Positions 10,819 to 24,825 of a stretch of 64,000 bases of DNA are shown one piece after another (position 1 is the first letter of the stretch; each line of letters starts with the position of its first letter). The notes under the pieces are model-generated. The model saw only the letters and a list, made by a program, of their open reading frames with translations. It did not search any database and was not told the origin of the DNA. A program made the position numbers and the translations under genes. This DNA is from Pirellulales bacterium (lineage in GTDB: Bacteria; Planctomycetota; Planctomycetia; Pirellulales; PALSA-1355), in contig CAVTBU010000007.1 of the NCBI GenBank assembly GCA_963733035.1, positions 32,001-96,000 of the forward strand. The letters run 5' to 3'.

Positions 10819-12709
10819 TCACTCGGGCCGCATGTCGCCCATGCCGGCACTGGCCAGGTACGGGCCGTGGGGTTCGCGCCAGTGCACCTGTGCCAGAACC
10901 TCGGCCAAGTCAGCGCGGCTGGCAGGCTTGGTAAGGTGGAAGTTGAATCCAGATTCGGTGCTCTGCCGGCGATCTTCGTCGCGCCCGTAACCGGTCAATG
11001 CGATCAGTGGCAGACCGGCGAACTCGGGCGTGCGTCGAATTCGCCGGGCGAGGTCGTAGCCGCTGATGCCGGGCATGGCCAAATCGAGAAACACGGCGTC
11101 CGTGGGCTGTTGGCATAGGAGCGCATAGACGGCGGTTGGCTGCGAGACGACCGTCACTTGTTGGCCCAGCGATCGCAGCATCATGGCCACCACGTTGCCC
11201 ACGGTCGGCTCGTCGTCGACGACCAGGATGCGATGCGGCCCCAGAACTTCCCGGTCCGCATCATGGTGCGGCAGCCGTGTCGTGGCATCGCCGAATACAT
11301 GCGCTCCGGCCGGTAGCCAAACGTCGAACTGGCTGCCGCGGTTGGGGCCGTCGCTATGGGCTTCGACGCTGCCGCCATGGAGCTCGACGAGCTTCTTGAC
11401 CAGCGTCAGACCGATCCCCAAGCCGCCCTGAGCGCGATCCAGGGTTTGATCTGCCTGCTGGAACATCTCGAAGATCTTGGCGAGCATGTCACGCGAGATG
11501 CCCGCGCCCTGGTCGCGAACACTTAGGCGCAGCGCGCTGGCCGTCGACGACGGCTGAGATCCAAATTTGACTGCCGGGTGGCGAATACTTTGCGGCATTG
11601 TTCAGCAAATTGGCCAACACTTGCGTAAGTCGCGTGGCATCACCATAGATAACGATTGGTTCGGGTGGTAAATCGATATTGAGCGTGTGCCGCCTGGTTT
11701 CAATCAGCGTTTGAGTTTCTTCGACAGCGCGCATAACGAGATCGCGAACGATGACATTTTCTCGTCGCAATGAAAGTTTGTCGCGGCTGATGCGTGAAAC
11801 GTCCATCAAGTCGTCGATCAACCGCGACATCTGTTGCACCTGCCGCTGCATGAGTTGCCGCAACTGAGCCAATTCGTGCGGATCGGATTCAACCATCGGC
11901 CACAATTCGAGCGCGTTGGCGATCGGTGAGAGCGGATTGCGCAGCTCATGCGCGAGCGTCGCCAGGAATTCGTCCTTGTGCTGGTGCGCGTCCTTGAGGG
12001 CGCGTTCGGTCTCAAGCTGTTCGGTGATGTCGGTGAGCGTGCCAAACCAGCATTCGATTTCACCACGATCGTTGCGCAGCGGCCTGGCGCGGGCCAGTTG
12101 CCAGCGCATCTGGCCATCGCGGCGCCGCAGGCGAAAGGTATCTTCCCACGGCTCGCCGCTGGCCAGTGCCGTACGCCAACGAATGAGCGTGTCGGACAGT
12201 TCGTCGGGATCGTGCAGCGACTGCCAGCCCCAGCCGATGACGTCCTCACGCCGCGATCCCGTGTAGTCATACCAGCGCTGGTTGTACCAAAACCGGTGGC
12301 CATCGGCCCGCGCGATCCAGACGAGTTGGGGGATCGAGTCCGCAAGTGTGCGAAATTGCTTTTCGGTTTCGCGGCGTCGCGCCCGGTGCAGCGCTTCGCA
12401 GAGCGCACTAATGGTCAGACCAATTGCCACGAATACGATCGCACCGAGGATATGATCGACGCGGTCGATCCGCAGCGAGCCGAGCGGTGGAACGAAAAAG
12501 TAGGCGGCCGAGGCCAGGCCCAGCGAAGTAGCCAGCACGCCGGGGCCGAAGCCGCCACGCCACGCGGCCGCCATCACCGCCAAGACGAAAGGCAGCAGCA
12601 GCGCTTGTTCATCGAGCGCCGCGTGTAGTCCGCTGCGCACGACCAACACCAGGGCAGCGCCGGCCAGGGCGATCAGATATCCCTGCCGCTTTTGCGAGCG
12701 ATTCATCAC
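10819..12709 (-). CDS. Hybrid histidine kinase (DUF4118-like TM sensor, PAS, HK, REC); frameshift near 11535
   Basis: AHELRNPL, NLLNNAAKYS, then DQGAGIS, GGLGIGL and a REC domain in a second frame; AGGAGG RBS. Confidence 0.9.
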
Positions 12710-12890
12710 GCCTCCTCACTTTCAAACACGATGAAGTTGGGGGCGGTTGGAAACAACTTCAAGGCTATCGACTCGCGCGATAAACGTCGAGCAAGCTTAC
12801 CAACTTGTCAGATTGGACGTGCAGTTGAACATGCGTCGACGAGATCTAACAAACACCGCCCCTGGACCATAGCCCGCAGCGAGGTGGCGA

Positions 12891-13262
12891 TCACGCAGTC
12901 GTTGTGAGATGTTCTTCCAGTATCGGAATCAGCTCCTGAAAGTCCGCCGGTTTTGATAGCACACGAAGTACACCGGCTTCGATAGCAGGATAGACGACGT
13001 CGATCGTCGTGTGCCCGGTCAAAAAAACTCCGGCCAGTTCCGGTTGAACAGCCCGCATTTCTCGAAACAGTTCGACACCGTTTAGCCCGGGCATTTGATA
13101 GTCGATGATCGCCACGCCGTATGCCTTCTGGGAGGCCAGTTGCAGGGCGGCTTGGCCGTTGTAGGCCATGTCGGTCTGGTAGCCGAAAGCAGACAATAGT
13201 CGAGCCATCATCGTGCAAGCGTCGCGATTGTCGTCCACAATCAGAATGGGCAGCGTACTCAT
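12891..13262 (-). CDS. Single-domain response regulator
   Basis: ILIVDDN, IIDYQMP, FLTG, SKP. Confidence 0.9.
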   Translation of the reverse strand: MSTLPILIVDDNRDACTMMARLLSAFGYQTDMAYNGQAALQLASQKAYGVAIIDYQMPGLNGVELFREMRAVQPELAGVFLTGHTTIDVVYPAIEAGVLRVLSKPADFQELIPILEEHLTTTA

Positions 13263-13419
13263 GAAGAAATTTCCTGAACCTAGATGGGGGCGTCGCATTG
13301 CGAGAGGGGCGCTTCTAAATTCCTAATACGTCCCGCCGTGCGATCGGGTCTTGTCCAGACCGGCGGATTGCGGAATCGTAATCCCACGACGACGTGCAAC
13401 GCGCAATCGGACCTCGAAT

Positions 13420-13860
13420 TCAGCGAGATACAAGCGAAATTGCACCGCCGGCAAGCGCATCGAGAAACAGCCGGTTGCTTTCGAGCAGTTCGGCCAGGGC
13501 CAGCATCTGGTCGCGCGACAACCAGGCGAAAGATTCGACTTCGTCCGCGTTCGGCACAATCGTTGCTCTCGGATCGATCTCCCCCAGCCACCAGGCGAGT
13601 GCGACACCCCAGGGCGTCGTGCTCCGCCAGATGCACGCGCGGGGCACAATGTTGACGCCGAGTTCTTCCCTGATTTCACGCTCGAGCGCCTCCGGTTCCG
13701 ACTCGTTCTCCTCAATGCCGCCACCGGGGAAGCAATACTTGCCCGGCGCCAATACGCCCGCGGCCCGGCGAATCACCAAAAAGCGTTCTTCGCGCACGAC
13801 GACCGCCACCACGCCATGGCGGCGGATGGCCGGTTCGATTTGTTCGGGGGTACCGTGCAT
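13420..13860 (-). CDS. NUDIX hydrolase
   Basis: Nudix box GGGIEENESEPEALEREIREELG. Confidence 0.9.
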   Translation of the reverse strand: MHGTPEQIEPAIRRHGVVAVVVREERFLVIRRAAGVLAPGKYCFPGGGIEENESEPEALEREIREELGVNIVPRACIWRSTTPWGVALAWWLGEIDPRATIVPNADEVESFAWLSRDQMLALAELLESNRLFLDALAGGAISLVSR

Positions 13861-13990
13861 GCAACTTGCTATCGTCGTCCGACCGTGCCCTGTTGTCGAG
13901 TGCCGCCGACTGCGGTTTACCGGATGGGGAATAGTTCAACTCCATTCGGGATCATACTTCGTGAGGGACGAACTCACCTGAGGTGAATCG

Positions 13991-14458
13991 ATGCGAGATC
14001 AGGCTGCGCGACCAGCGAATTGGCAAGTTCCGCGAGAAACGCCGCGGTGGTATGAATGGGTGATCGCCATCGTGCTAATGTTGGCGGTGCTGGGGCATTT
14101 TGTCGTTAAGCCCGCGGTCGAAGCACTGTTGCAGGGTGCAGGGCGAGTGGTGGGCTCGGTTGCCCACGGACTCTCCGTGTTCTTGCAGGCTCAATATGCA
14201 GTGGCTCGCTTCAGTATCGAGCACGACCCGCAGGTTGTCGCCTTGTTGGGACCATCGGTCGCCTGCCCGCTGGTCGATCAGGTGCAGTGGCTCGATTCTC
14301 AAGGGCGTCAGGAGTTGGCCTTCACCTTCCCCGTCGCCGGCTCTCGCCGCAGCGGCCAAGCGCACGTCATCGTTGGCAATGTCGGTGGCGAGTATCGTCC
14401 GGTGAGCATCATTGTTGAAGTTGCGGATCAGTGCGTGCTCGTGCCGCCGCTGCCGTGA
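13991..14458 (+). CDS. Membrane-anchored hypothetical protein, C-terminus Coa1-like
   Basis: TM segment, then DPQVVALLG..FTFPVAGSRRSGQAHV. Confidence 0.6.
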   Translation: MRDQAARPANWQVPRETPRWYEWVIAIVLMLAVLGHFVVKPAVEALLQGAGRVVGSVAHGLSVFLQAQYAVARFSIEHDPQVVALLGPSVACPLVDQVQWLDSQGRQELAFTFPVAGSRRSGQAHVIVGNVGGEYRPVSIIVEVADQCVLVPPLP

Positions 14459-14563
14459 GGGGGTCGTTTGGGCGCGGGTTGTTCGGCGCGGATGCCTCTT
14501 TATAATGCCTTCGATACGGTTCAGACGTTCGCTGATGCGCTGAACGGGGGCATGAGGCATTCG

Positions 14564-17380
14564 ATGACGAGCGCGGCGGAGCACAATCTTGAAACGCATC
14601 TGGAACCGTTCGGCCTGACGCGCGTTTCGGCCCGGCCAACGCGACGTGATTGAAACCGTGCTCTCGGGTCGCGATTGCCTGTGCGTGATGCCGACCGGCG
14701 GTGGCAAGAGCCTGTGTTATCAACTGCCGGCCATCGCCCGCGACGGAGTGACACTCGTCATATCACCCTTGATCGCGCTGATGAAAGATCAAGTCGACGG
14801 TCTAGTCGCCCGCGGTCTCCCAGCGACGTTCATCAACAGCACGCTGGCTCCCGACGAACAGGCGGCCCGGCTGCAGGGGATGGCGTCTGGCGAGTACAAG
14901 CTCGTTTACGTCGTGCCCGAGCGTTTCCGCAGCTCGCGGTTTGTCGAGGCGGCGCGGCAAAGCAACGTGCGGTTGTTGGCCGTCGACGAAGCGCATTGCG
15001 TCAGCGAATGGGGACACGATTTTCGCCCGGACTACGCGCGGTTGGGCCGTTTCCGGGCGCAGCTCAAGAATCCACCTACGATCGCGCTAACGGCCACGGC
15101 GACGGATGCCGTGCGCCGCGATATCGTCGAATTGCTCAATTTGCACGAGCCGGCCGTATACATCACGGGCTTTGCCCGACCGAACCTGCACTACGGCGTA
15201 CAGGTCTGCCCGTCCGATCGCGACAAGGACCGAACGCTGCTGGGCTTTCTCGAAGAGAACCCCGGCTCGGGCATCATCTACGCGTCGACCCGCAAGCGAT
15301 GCGAGGAATTGGCCGAGCGAATTGGCGAGCAGTCGGGCCGCTCGACGGTCGTGTACCATGCGGGCCTTCAGCCACAAGAACGCCGCGCGGCACAAGACGC
15401 CTTTATGCGGGGCGAACGGGAGATCGCGGTGGCCACCTTGGCCTTTGGCATGGGCATCGACAAGGCCGACGTGCGGTTTGTCGTGCACTACAACCTGCCC
15501 GGCAGCATCGAGGCCTACTATCAGGAAGCGGGCCGCGCGGGCGCGACGGCCAGCCCGCCCGCTGCTTGCTGCTGTTCGGCGGCGGCGATCGGCACATCCA
15601 CGAGTTCTTCATCGAGAGCTCGTATCCCAGTCGCGACGTCGTGCGCCAAGTGTACGAATTCCTGCGCGGCCTGGAACAAAGCCCCATCGAGCTGACGCAG
15701 CAGGAGGTCAAAGAAACCCTCGGACTGCAGATTGGCAATGAGGGCGTGGGGGCCTGCGAAAAGTTGCTCGACGGAGCCGGCGCGATCGAGCGGCTCGAGT
15801 CGAGTGAAAACATGGCGGCCGTGCGGCTGGCGAGCGACGTACCCACGCTGGTGGAGCTATTGCCGCCGCAGGCCAGGTCCAAGCGTCGCATCATGAGGGC
15901 CGTCGAACAATTGGTTGGCGCGCGCCGGCACGATTGGTGTTACTTACAACCGCGCGAAATTCTGCGGGAGCTGACCGATTTGGACAGCACCGATTTGAGT
16001 CGCCACTTGCGAGAGATGACTTCGCTGTCGGCATTCGATTACATTCCGCCGTTTCGCGGTCGGGCAATCCACGTGCCGAATCGCGAGTTGGCATTTGGCG
16101 ACATTGAGATTGATTTCGAGACGCTTGAAAAGCAGAAGGCCGCCGAGTACGAGCGGCTCGAGCAGGTGCTGCGGTTTGCCCGCGATCATCGCTGCCGGCA
16201 AAAGCGAATTCTGGAGTATTTCGGCCAGCAAGACGCCGGCAATTGCGGCAACTGCGACAACTGCCAACCGACGACGGGCGGCGGAAGTTGGGGTTCGCCA
16301 AATCAAGTCTCCGGACCCGTGCTCGACGCCGTGCGAATCGTGCTCAGCGGCGTGGCTCGCGTGTCGCAGCGCCGTGTAGGCTGCGGCAAGCAACTGTTGG
16401 CCAAGATGTTGTGCGGATCGAGCGACAAGGCAGTTCAGCGCAATCGGCTCGACAAACTAAGCACGTTCGGCCTGCTCTCGCATCTGAAACAGACCGACGT
16501 GGCCCAACTCGCCGACGCGCTGCTGTTGGCCGGGCTGCTTGAACAGAACGAAATCGAGCCGTTCCGACCGATCGTGCAGCTCACGGCCGTGGGCCTCGAA
16601 GTGATGAGCGGTCGGGCCGGCGCCGACCTGGCCCTTTCACTTCCCGACGAACTGCGACATAAACTCGATCCGAACTTGCCGCCAGAGGCGAGATCGGCGG
16701 CATCACCAGATGCCGATCTTGTCGCGCGGTTGCGCGCGTGGCGCGACACGACGCGACAGGCTCACAAGGTACCGGCCTACGTGATCCTGACCAATGCCGT
16801 GATCGACGAGTTGGCGCGCGTACGGCCCCGCACGCGAGCAGAGCTTTCGGGCGTGAAAGGGATTGGCGCCAAGAAAGCGGAGCAATTCGGCGGTGAGCTG
16901 TTGGAAATCATCGCGCCGGCAGCAAGGCAGCTCGGGGAAGAGCAAGCACCCGTGAACGACGCGAAGGGCCAAACCAGAGATGTCGAACCAGTCATGAGCG
17001 CGCAGGCAACGTTGAATGAGACCGAGCCCGTGCTCCACGTGGCGTGCGAGTCGTCGGCCGAGGCGGCGATAGCATCCAGGGCGCAGGCGAGCCACTACTG
17101 GACATGGCGACTGCTTTCGCACGGCTTCACGCCCGACGAGTGCGCGGCAATTCGCTCATTGGAGGCCGACGTGGTGCTCGATCATGCGTTGCGCACGGCC
17201 GACAGCGGCTTGCCAATCGATGCCCGCTGGTTTCTTACGGAGCAACAAATCGCTGCGATTTCGTCGGTCGTCGGTCCCGCGTTGCCGAGCCGCATTCGTC
17301 CTTTGCTGGGCAAGCTGCCACGAGGCACGCGCTACGAGGACGTGCAATTAGTCGTCAAATCACGACCATCGGCGTCGTAG
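14564..17380 (+). CDS. recQ: ATP-dependent DNA helicase RecQ (RQC and HRDC domains); frameshifts near 14622 and 15541
   Basis: FRPGQ, MPTGGGKSLCYQ, VDEAHCVSEWGHDFRP, YYQEAGRAG, Zn motif CR..CGNCDNC, HRDC VPAYVIL. Confidence 0.93.
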
Positions 17381-17545
17381 GTGTCATTGGGCATCGGGTG
17401 ATTTTGTGGCTGTGCGCGTGCTTGAAAACTGAACGTGCCGCCCGTGCCGGCGGTTGTCGGGGTCGAAAATAGGCGCCCCGTGGGATACAATTCCCCAGCG
17501 AGCGGCGCATTGGTACGCCGCTCTTAGAGCATTCGGAGGTAACCG

Positions 17546-19555
<2,010 letters not shown>

Positions 19556-19571
19556 GCCTCGCGTCGTAGGC

Positions 19572-20902
19572 TCATCGCCGTAGGTTTTTAAGACGCTCGG
19601 GTGGCTTCGGCGTGGCGTCCAATAATCGTCCCCGAGGCAATGGCTCTTCGTGACCCGGTGGCGGCATGATGGCCGGCATCGGCAGCCAGGTGGCGAGAAC
19701 AGCCGTCTCGCGCGTCGCCGGCACGTGCACGTCGCTATTCGGTACGAGCGTTCGCACCAGGTCGACTACCGGTTGACTGAGCACCGGTGCTTCTTCTACC
19801 AGCACAAAATGCTTGTCGACCAGTAGCCCCCCTTTGGTTCCGGGCACCGCCCCGCGCAGCGTCATGCCGCCGGGCCCCATTTCGAAACCAGCGCACAGCT
19901 GTTCGTAGGGAAGCCAATTGCTGGGACCGAGGATCGCCTCGTCCGAGGCACACACGTGCAGGTGCGTTTCGGCCGACTGCACGAGCGACCGGCTGATCAC
20001 GCCCGGACCGGCGGTGAAATTGCCGGCGGCGCTTTCCAGTCGACCACCGGAAATCGTGACGCGATCCAAGCGGGCGGCGGCCAGTCCCGTGAGCTTGTGC
20101 GGGAAGGGTCGGACCAGCGAGTCGAGATCGATATCCGCCAGATCGCCACGCAATTCCGTGCGCCAAGTGCCGGCTTGTTCGATGGCCGAGGCGCGTCCGT
20201 TGAAGGTGCAACTTTTGCCCAATTGGGCCACCCCGGGCCAGATCGAGACGATCAGCGCCGCGGGAAGGGGAGTGCTGCCGGTGGAAAATTCAATCGAATG
20301 GATGAGCGTGCCCGCATGTTGGCGACGCGTGAGCACGATCTCGCAGGGCTCGGGATCGGCCGGCACTGGGGCGATCGCCCGGCGGAAGCTCAACTTGGCC
20401 AGTGCCTGGCCTTCGTCGCCGTCGAGCGCGCCGAACAGTTCCGTGTAGGTTTGATCTCCTCCGTCGAGGTGCACGGTGAGATTGTTCGCCGCGAACTGCA
20501 CGTGCTGGTCGCGGGCGGATGCACGTCCCAACTCCTGCGCAACCTTCCAGAACGCGTCGAACCGTGTGCCGTTGATGATCGCGGGAAATGGCAGCCGTAC
20601 GGTAACAGCGTCGCCACTCGTGTCGATCTCCGCGAACGGCAACCGCGCAAGCAATTGGCCGTTGTTCGGGTCGAAGAGTTCCAGGTCACGGTAGAGCAGC
20701 AGGTTTGGCCGCGGTGTGCTCACCTCCGCAAGCCGAGCGTTCCAGCCTAGCTGTGCGGCGATTGTGCGTTCGTGAACCTGACGATACCAGTCGAGCCGCA
20801 CCACGACGCTCCACGCCAGCACGGCGCACAACGGACCGATGCACAGGCGCAAAACGCCGCACGGCATAGCCGAACCTTCGTCGTTTCGTGCAGCGAGAAC
20901 AT
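19572..20902 (-). CDS. Hypothetical membrane-anchored beta-rich protein; frameshift near 20848
   Basis: Reconstructed start MFSLHETTKVRLCRAAFCA-LCIGPLCAVLAW, just downstream of aroC; long open frame. Confidence 0.7.
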
Positions 20903-20931
20903 CCTTGTTCCCTATCGAACTCGATCGATTG

Positions 20932-22070
20932 CTACCGCTCACGCGCCATATCGGAAAACAGTTTCCAGCGAGCTTGCATTTCTTGCAGGCTGTCTCCGCC
21001 AAACTTGTCGACTAACGCACACGCCACTTCGAAGGCCACCACGTTCTCAACGATTACACTGGCCGCGCTGACGGCACACACGTCGCTTCGTTCGTAGCTG
21101 GCCTCTTCCGTCTGCTTGGTATCAAGGTTGATCGATTCCAGCGGTTTGCGAAGCGTGCTAATCGGTTTCTTGGCGGCGCGAATCACCAGTGGCTGGCCGT
21201 TGGTCATGCCGGCTTCCAGCCCGCCGGCGTTGTTTGTCGGACGGGTGTAGCCGAAGTTGGGCGATTGCTTCTGGCTCTCATCGTAGTGAATCGGATCGTG
21301 CACTTGAGAGCCCGGCCGTCGGGCCGCTTCGAACCCCAGCCCGATCTCCACTCCCTTGATTGCTTGCACCGCCATCACCGCCTGGGCCAGCCGGCCATCG
21401 AGCTTGCGATCCCACTGGGCATGCGTGCCAAGCCCGAACGGCAGGCCTTCGACCCGCACTTCGACAATCCCGCCGAGCGTGTCGCCCTCTTTGCCCTTGG
21501 CGTCGATGAGGGCCTTGATTTCATCGTCCTGGTCGGGGTTCAGGCTGTAGACTTCGCTCGTCTCGCGCAGCTTCTCTTGCTCGGCCAGGGTGCCCGGTTT
21601 TGACTCGATGGGGATGCCGCCCAGCTCAACGACGTAGCCGAACGCCGCGATGCCGAACGGCTTGAGCAATTGCTTGGCCAGCGCGCCGGCTGCCACGCGA
21701 ACGGTGGTTTCGCGGCGCTGGCCCGTTCGAGAATTGCGCGGATTGAACCTAGATATTTGATCGCGCCCGTCAGGTCACCGTGACCGGGGCGGGGACGAGG
21801 CAGATCGTCGAGCCGCTCGAGCTTGTAGTCCTTGTTGACCACTTGCAGCGCGATCGGGCTGCCGAGCGAGGTGTTGTGCCAGACCCCGCTAAGGATGTCG
21901 ACTCGATCGGTTTCGATTCGCTGCCGCCCGCCGCGGCCATAGCCCCCTTGTCGACGGCGCAATTCGCGGTCGATTGAGTCGGTTTCGATTTCGACCCCTG
22001 CCGGAAATCCATCGACCAAGGCAATCAGAGCCTTGCCGTGCGACTCCCCGGCAGTCCAGTAACGCAGCAT
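20932..22070 (-). CDS. aroC: Chorismate synthase; frameshift near 21715
   Basis: TAGESHG, RRQGGYGRG, PRPGHGDL, ERASARET (split by the indel), NNAGGLEAG, YERSDVCAV. Confidence 0.96.
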
Positions 22071-22290
22071 TGCTAACTCAAACGGACTAAAAGGATTAGG
22101 TCACTAGATCGGCGCGCAATGACACCTCCGTTCGATTCTACCTTGGGGTCCGATTGGGCGATAGATCGGTTGGGGGCGTCTGGATAAACAGAGTGAACTA
22201 CGGTGACTTGCCGCAAGACACTCTTGGCCGTCCGTTGTTGGTGCGCAATGCTCCTGGGGGATCTGGCTTGCTTGCGATACATTGACGGGC

Positions 22291-23454
22291 ATGGCCAAGC
22301 CGCTCGATGCTCTCGACTTCCTAGCCCACTCGGCCAAACACCCGCCAGCTTCGGTGTGCGTCTTATTTGGCGACGAGTCGTTTCTCAAGCGGCAAGTGCG
22401 GGGACGGCTCAAGGAAATCGTGCTCTCGGGAGATGATGCCGAGTTTTCCGTGAGCGAATTCAATGGGCGCGAGTTGGAGCTGCGCGATGTGCTCGATGCG
22501 CTGTCGACGCGGGCCCTGTTCGGCGGCGGACGGCACTTGGTTATCGTCGATGAGGCCGATGACTTTATCAGCAAGAACCGACCGGCGCTGGAGGACTACG
22601 TCAAACAGCCGAAAAGCGCGTCGGTGCTGGTGCTCGACGTGAAGCAGTGGCCGGCCACCACGCGGTTGTACAAGGCGCTATCCGAGTCGGGCTTGCAAAT
22701 TGAGTGTCGCTTCCCGCCGCCGGCCAAACTGCTCAAGTGGCTTACCGCGCGAAGCGACAAGCAACACGGCGCAAAACTCGAACCGGAGGCCGCCGAGCGG
22801 TTGGCTGAAACCGTGGAAAGCGACTTGGGGCTTTACGATCAGGAACTGGCCAAGCTGGCCGCGATCGCGGGTGAGCGAGGGACGATAACAGCCGCGATGG
22901 TTGACGAGGCCGTCGGCGGTTGGCGCGCCAAGAGCGCTTGGGAAATGCTTGATGCCGCGCTCGAGGGGAACCCGGCGGCGGCGCTGCTGCAGTTGGACCA
23001 CCTGCTCGTGGCGGGCGAGGTACCGATCGCGCTCATGGCCCAAATTGGCTCCAGCCTGCGGCGTTTGGGGGCCGCGGCCAGCGTCATTTCGCAAACGGAA
23101 GCGGCGGGGCGCAGTCCTTCCTTGCGAAACGCGCTGGAGCAAGCCGGCGTCAAACCGTTTCTGCTCGGCAAAGTCGAACCCCAGCTACGACGACTGGGCC
23201 GGGCGCGCGCCGGCCGACTCTACCGCTGGTTGTTGGAGGCCGATTTGGCGCTCAAGGGTGCCAACTCGTCGCCGGCTCGCAGTCGCTTAGTGCTCGAAGC
23301 ATTGATCGTGCGGCTCTCGGCGTCGTCCCAGTCCGCCCGCCCGGCGGCAACGGCTGTTCGCGCGCGTAAAACGGGGCCATCGATCCCGGTGCGGGGTTAC
23401 AACTTCGCAAGCTGGCACGTTTCCTGCTTGTCCGGTTTTGTACGGCTCGATTAA
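22291..23454 (+). CDS. holA: DNA polymerase III subunit delta
   Basis: VLFGDESFLK, ALFGGGRHLVIV, QELAKL, LLEADLALKG. The true stop may be the TAA at 23367-23369, after a cgcgcg run. Confidence 0.88.
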   Translation: MAKPLDALDFLAHSAKHPPASVCVLFGDESFLKRQVRGRLKEIVLSGDDAEFSVSEFNGRELELRDVLDALSTRALFGGGRHLVIVDEADDFISKNRPALEDYVKQPKSASVLVLDVKQWPATTRLYKALSESGLQIECRFPPPAKLLKWLTARSDKQHGAKLEPEAAERLAETVESDLGLYDQELAKLAAIAGERGTITAAMVDEAVGGWRAKSAWEMLDAALEGNPAAALLQLDHLLVAGEVPIALMAQIGSSLRRLGAAASVISQTEAAGRSPSLRNALEQAGVKPFLLGKVEPQLRRLGRARAGRLYRWLLEADLALKGANSSPARSRLVLEALIVRLSASSQSARPAATAVRARKTGPSIPVRGYNFASWHVSCLSGFVRLD

Positions 23455-23605
23455 TTGTTGATGAAGCAATTGCCGCCAGCCTCTTCCGCGTCCCTGGCTG
23501 TCACGGCGTCGATTGTTACCAGGCAAGAGTCTGCTTGATCGGCGGGGCGAGTGCATCGCCCCGGATCGCGCAGGACATGATTTTTGTGGAAAGGCGGGTA
23601 TCTTT

Positions 23606-23881
23606 ATGCGTTTGGCGCTCTCTGGGTTCGCGCTGGTGACTCTCTTAATGGCATCAGCGGCCATGGCCGCTCCCTGCGGCTCGGCGAAAGTGCAGGCTCC
23701 TACTGCATCGACGCCACCGGCGCCCGCGGCACAAGCACAGCGGCCGCAAGCACGTCGCAGCTATTCGTATCAAGCGCCGGCGACCACGAGCATGGGACGG
23801 TCGTACGGGTTTCAGAACCGCGTGAACCACCAATCGTTTGGGTGGCGCCGCGCCGGTTCGAAGGCACTCGGAAACTACTAG
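23606..23881 (+). CDS. Small secreted Ala/Pro-rich protein
   Basis: Signal peptide ending AMA, then RRSYSYQ and a C-terminal RRAGSKALGNY. Confidence 0.65.
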   Translation: MRLALSGFALVTLLMASAAMAAPCGSAKVQAPTASTPPAPAAQAQRPQARRSYSYQAPATTSMGRSYGFQNRVNHQSFGWRRAGSKALGNY

Positions 23882-24105
23882 TGAGTGCGAGCTAGTTGAC
23901 ACCCAGTGCCGCCGGCTTGCCAGCCGAGCGGCAAACCTGGGAGTACGTGCGAACGCGGGCTCGGTCGTGGCTTCGAGCCGAGCTCGCGTCCGTCGTAGCT
24001 CGGCCTCTTGGCAAGACTTCTTTATTGCCGCTCGCGATTGTGCGGCGGCACTGGCCCGGGCAAAATGGAACGCGGCGAGTTACTTCATCCGAGGTTCCTG
24101 CACAC

Positions 24106-24663
24106 ATGGACGCTGCCGCCCATAGCCCCGCGCTCGCTGCTGCGCTACTGGAATCGGTACGCGGCCAATGGCGTTTGTGTGTCGAGCGTATTCGGCACTG
24201 CGAGGGGCAATTGAGTGATGAGCAACTTTGGAATCGCCACGGCGAGAACTTCAACAGCATCGGGAATTTGCTGTTGCATCTGACCGGCAACATTCGCGAG
24301 CGGATGCTGTCGGTTGTGGGCGGCCAGTCCTACCAGCGCGACCGGGCTGCCGAGTTCGCCGAACGCGGGCCGCTCCCCAGGGACCAAGTGCTCAAGCCGT
24401 TTAACGAGACGATGAGCAGGACCGACGAGTTGCTGGCCTCGCTGCCAGTCGATCGCCTGCTGGAGAGATGACAGTTTCGCATGCTGCGGGGCGACGTGGA
24501 GGCCGACGTCTTGACACTCATCCTGCAGACTTTGGTCCACCTGGCTGGACATAGCCAGGAGATCGTCGCCCTCACGCGTCGGGAACTTGGCGACGCCTAC
24601 CGTTTTCTGCAAGCGCCGCCTGAGCCTGACCGGCGTTCTGCCGGTATCGATAAATCCGTCTAG
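24106..24663 (+). pseudogene. DinB/DUF1572-family protein with an in-frame TGA at 24469-24471
   Basis: NSIGNLLLHLTGN, RDRAAEF; the same frame resumes after the TGA with HLAGHSQEIV. Confidence 0.75.
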
Positions 24664-24701
24664 GCCCAACCGGTCTGGTGCGTAGAATGACGCCGGTGGC
24701 A

Positions 24702-24731
24702 GGCGGGCGTGACGGCGGCGGGCGTGACGGC
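24702..24731. repeat. Perfect tandem 15-bp duplication (GGCGGGCGTGACGGC x2)
   Basis: Read directly, intergenic. Confidence 0.85.
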
Positions 24732-24825
24732 ATTGTCGGCCCGTCAAACGTATATTCTCCGGTGGCCGTCGCCGGCCCTTTGCGGTTGATATTCGGGAAG
24801 CGAAGACCGCGAGATAATGAGATTC

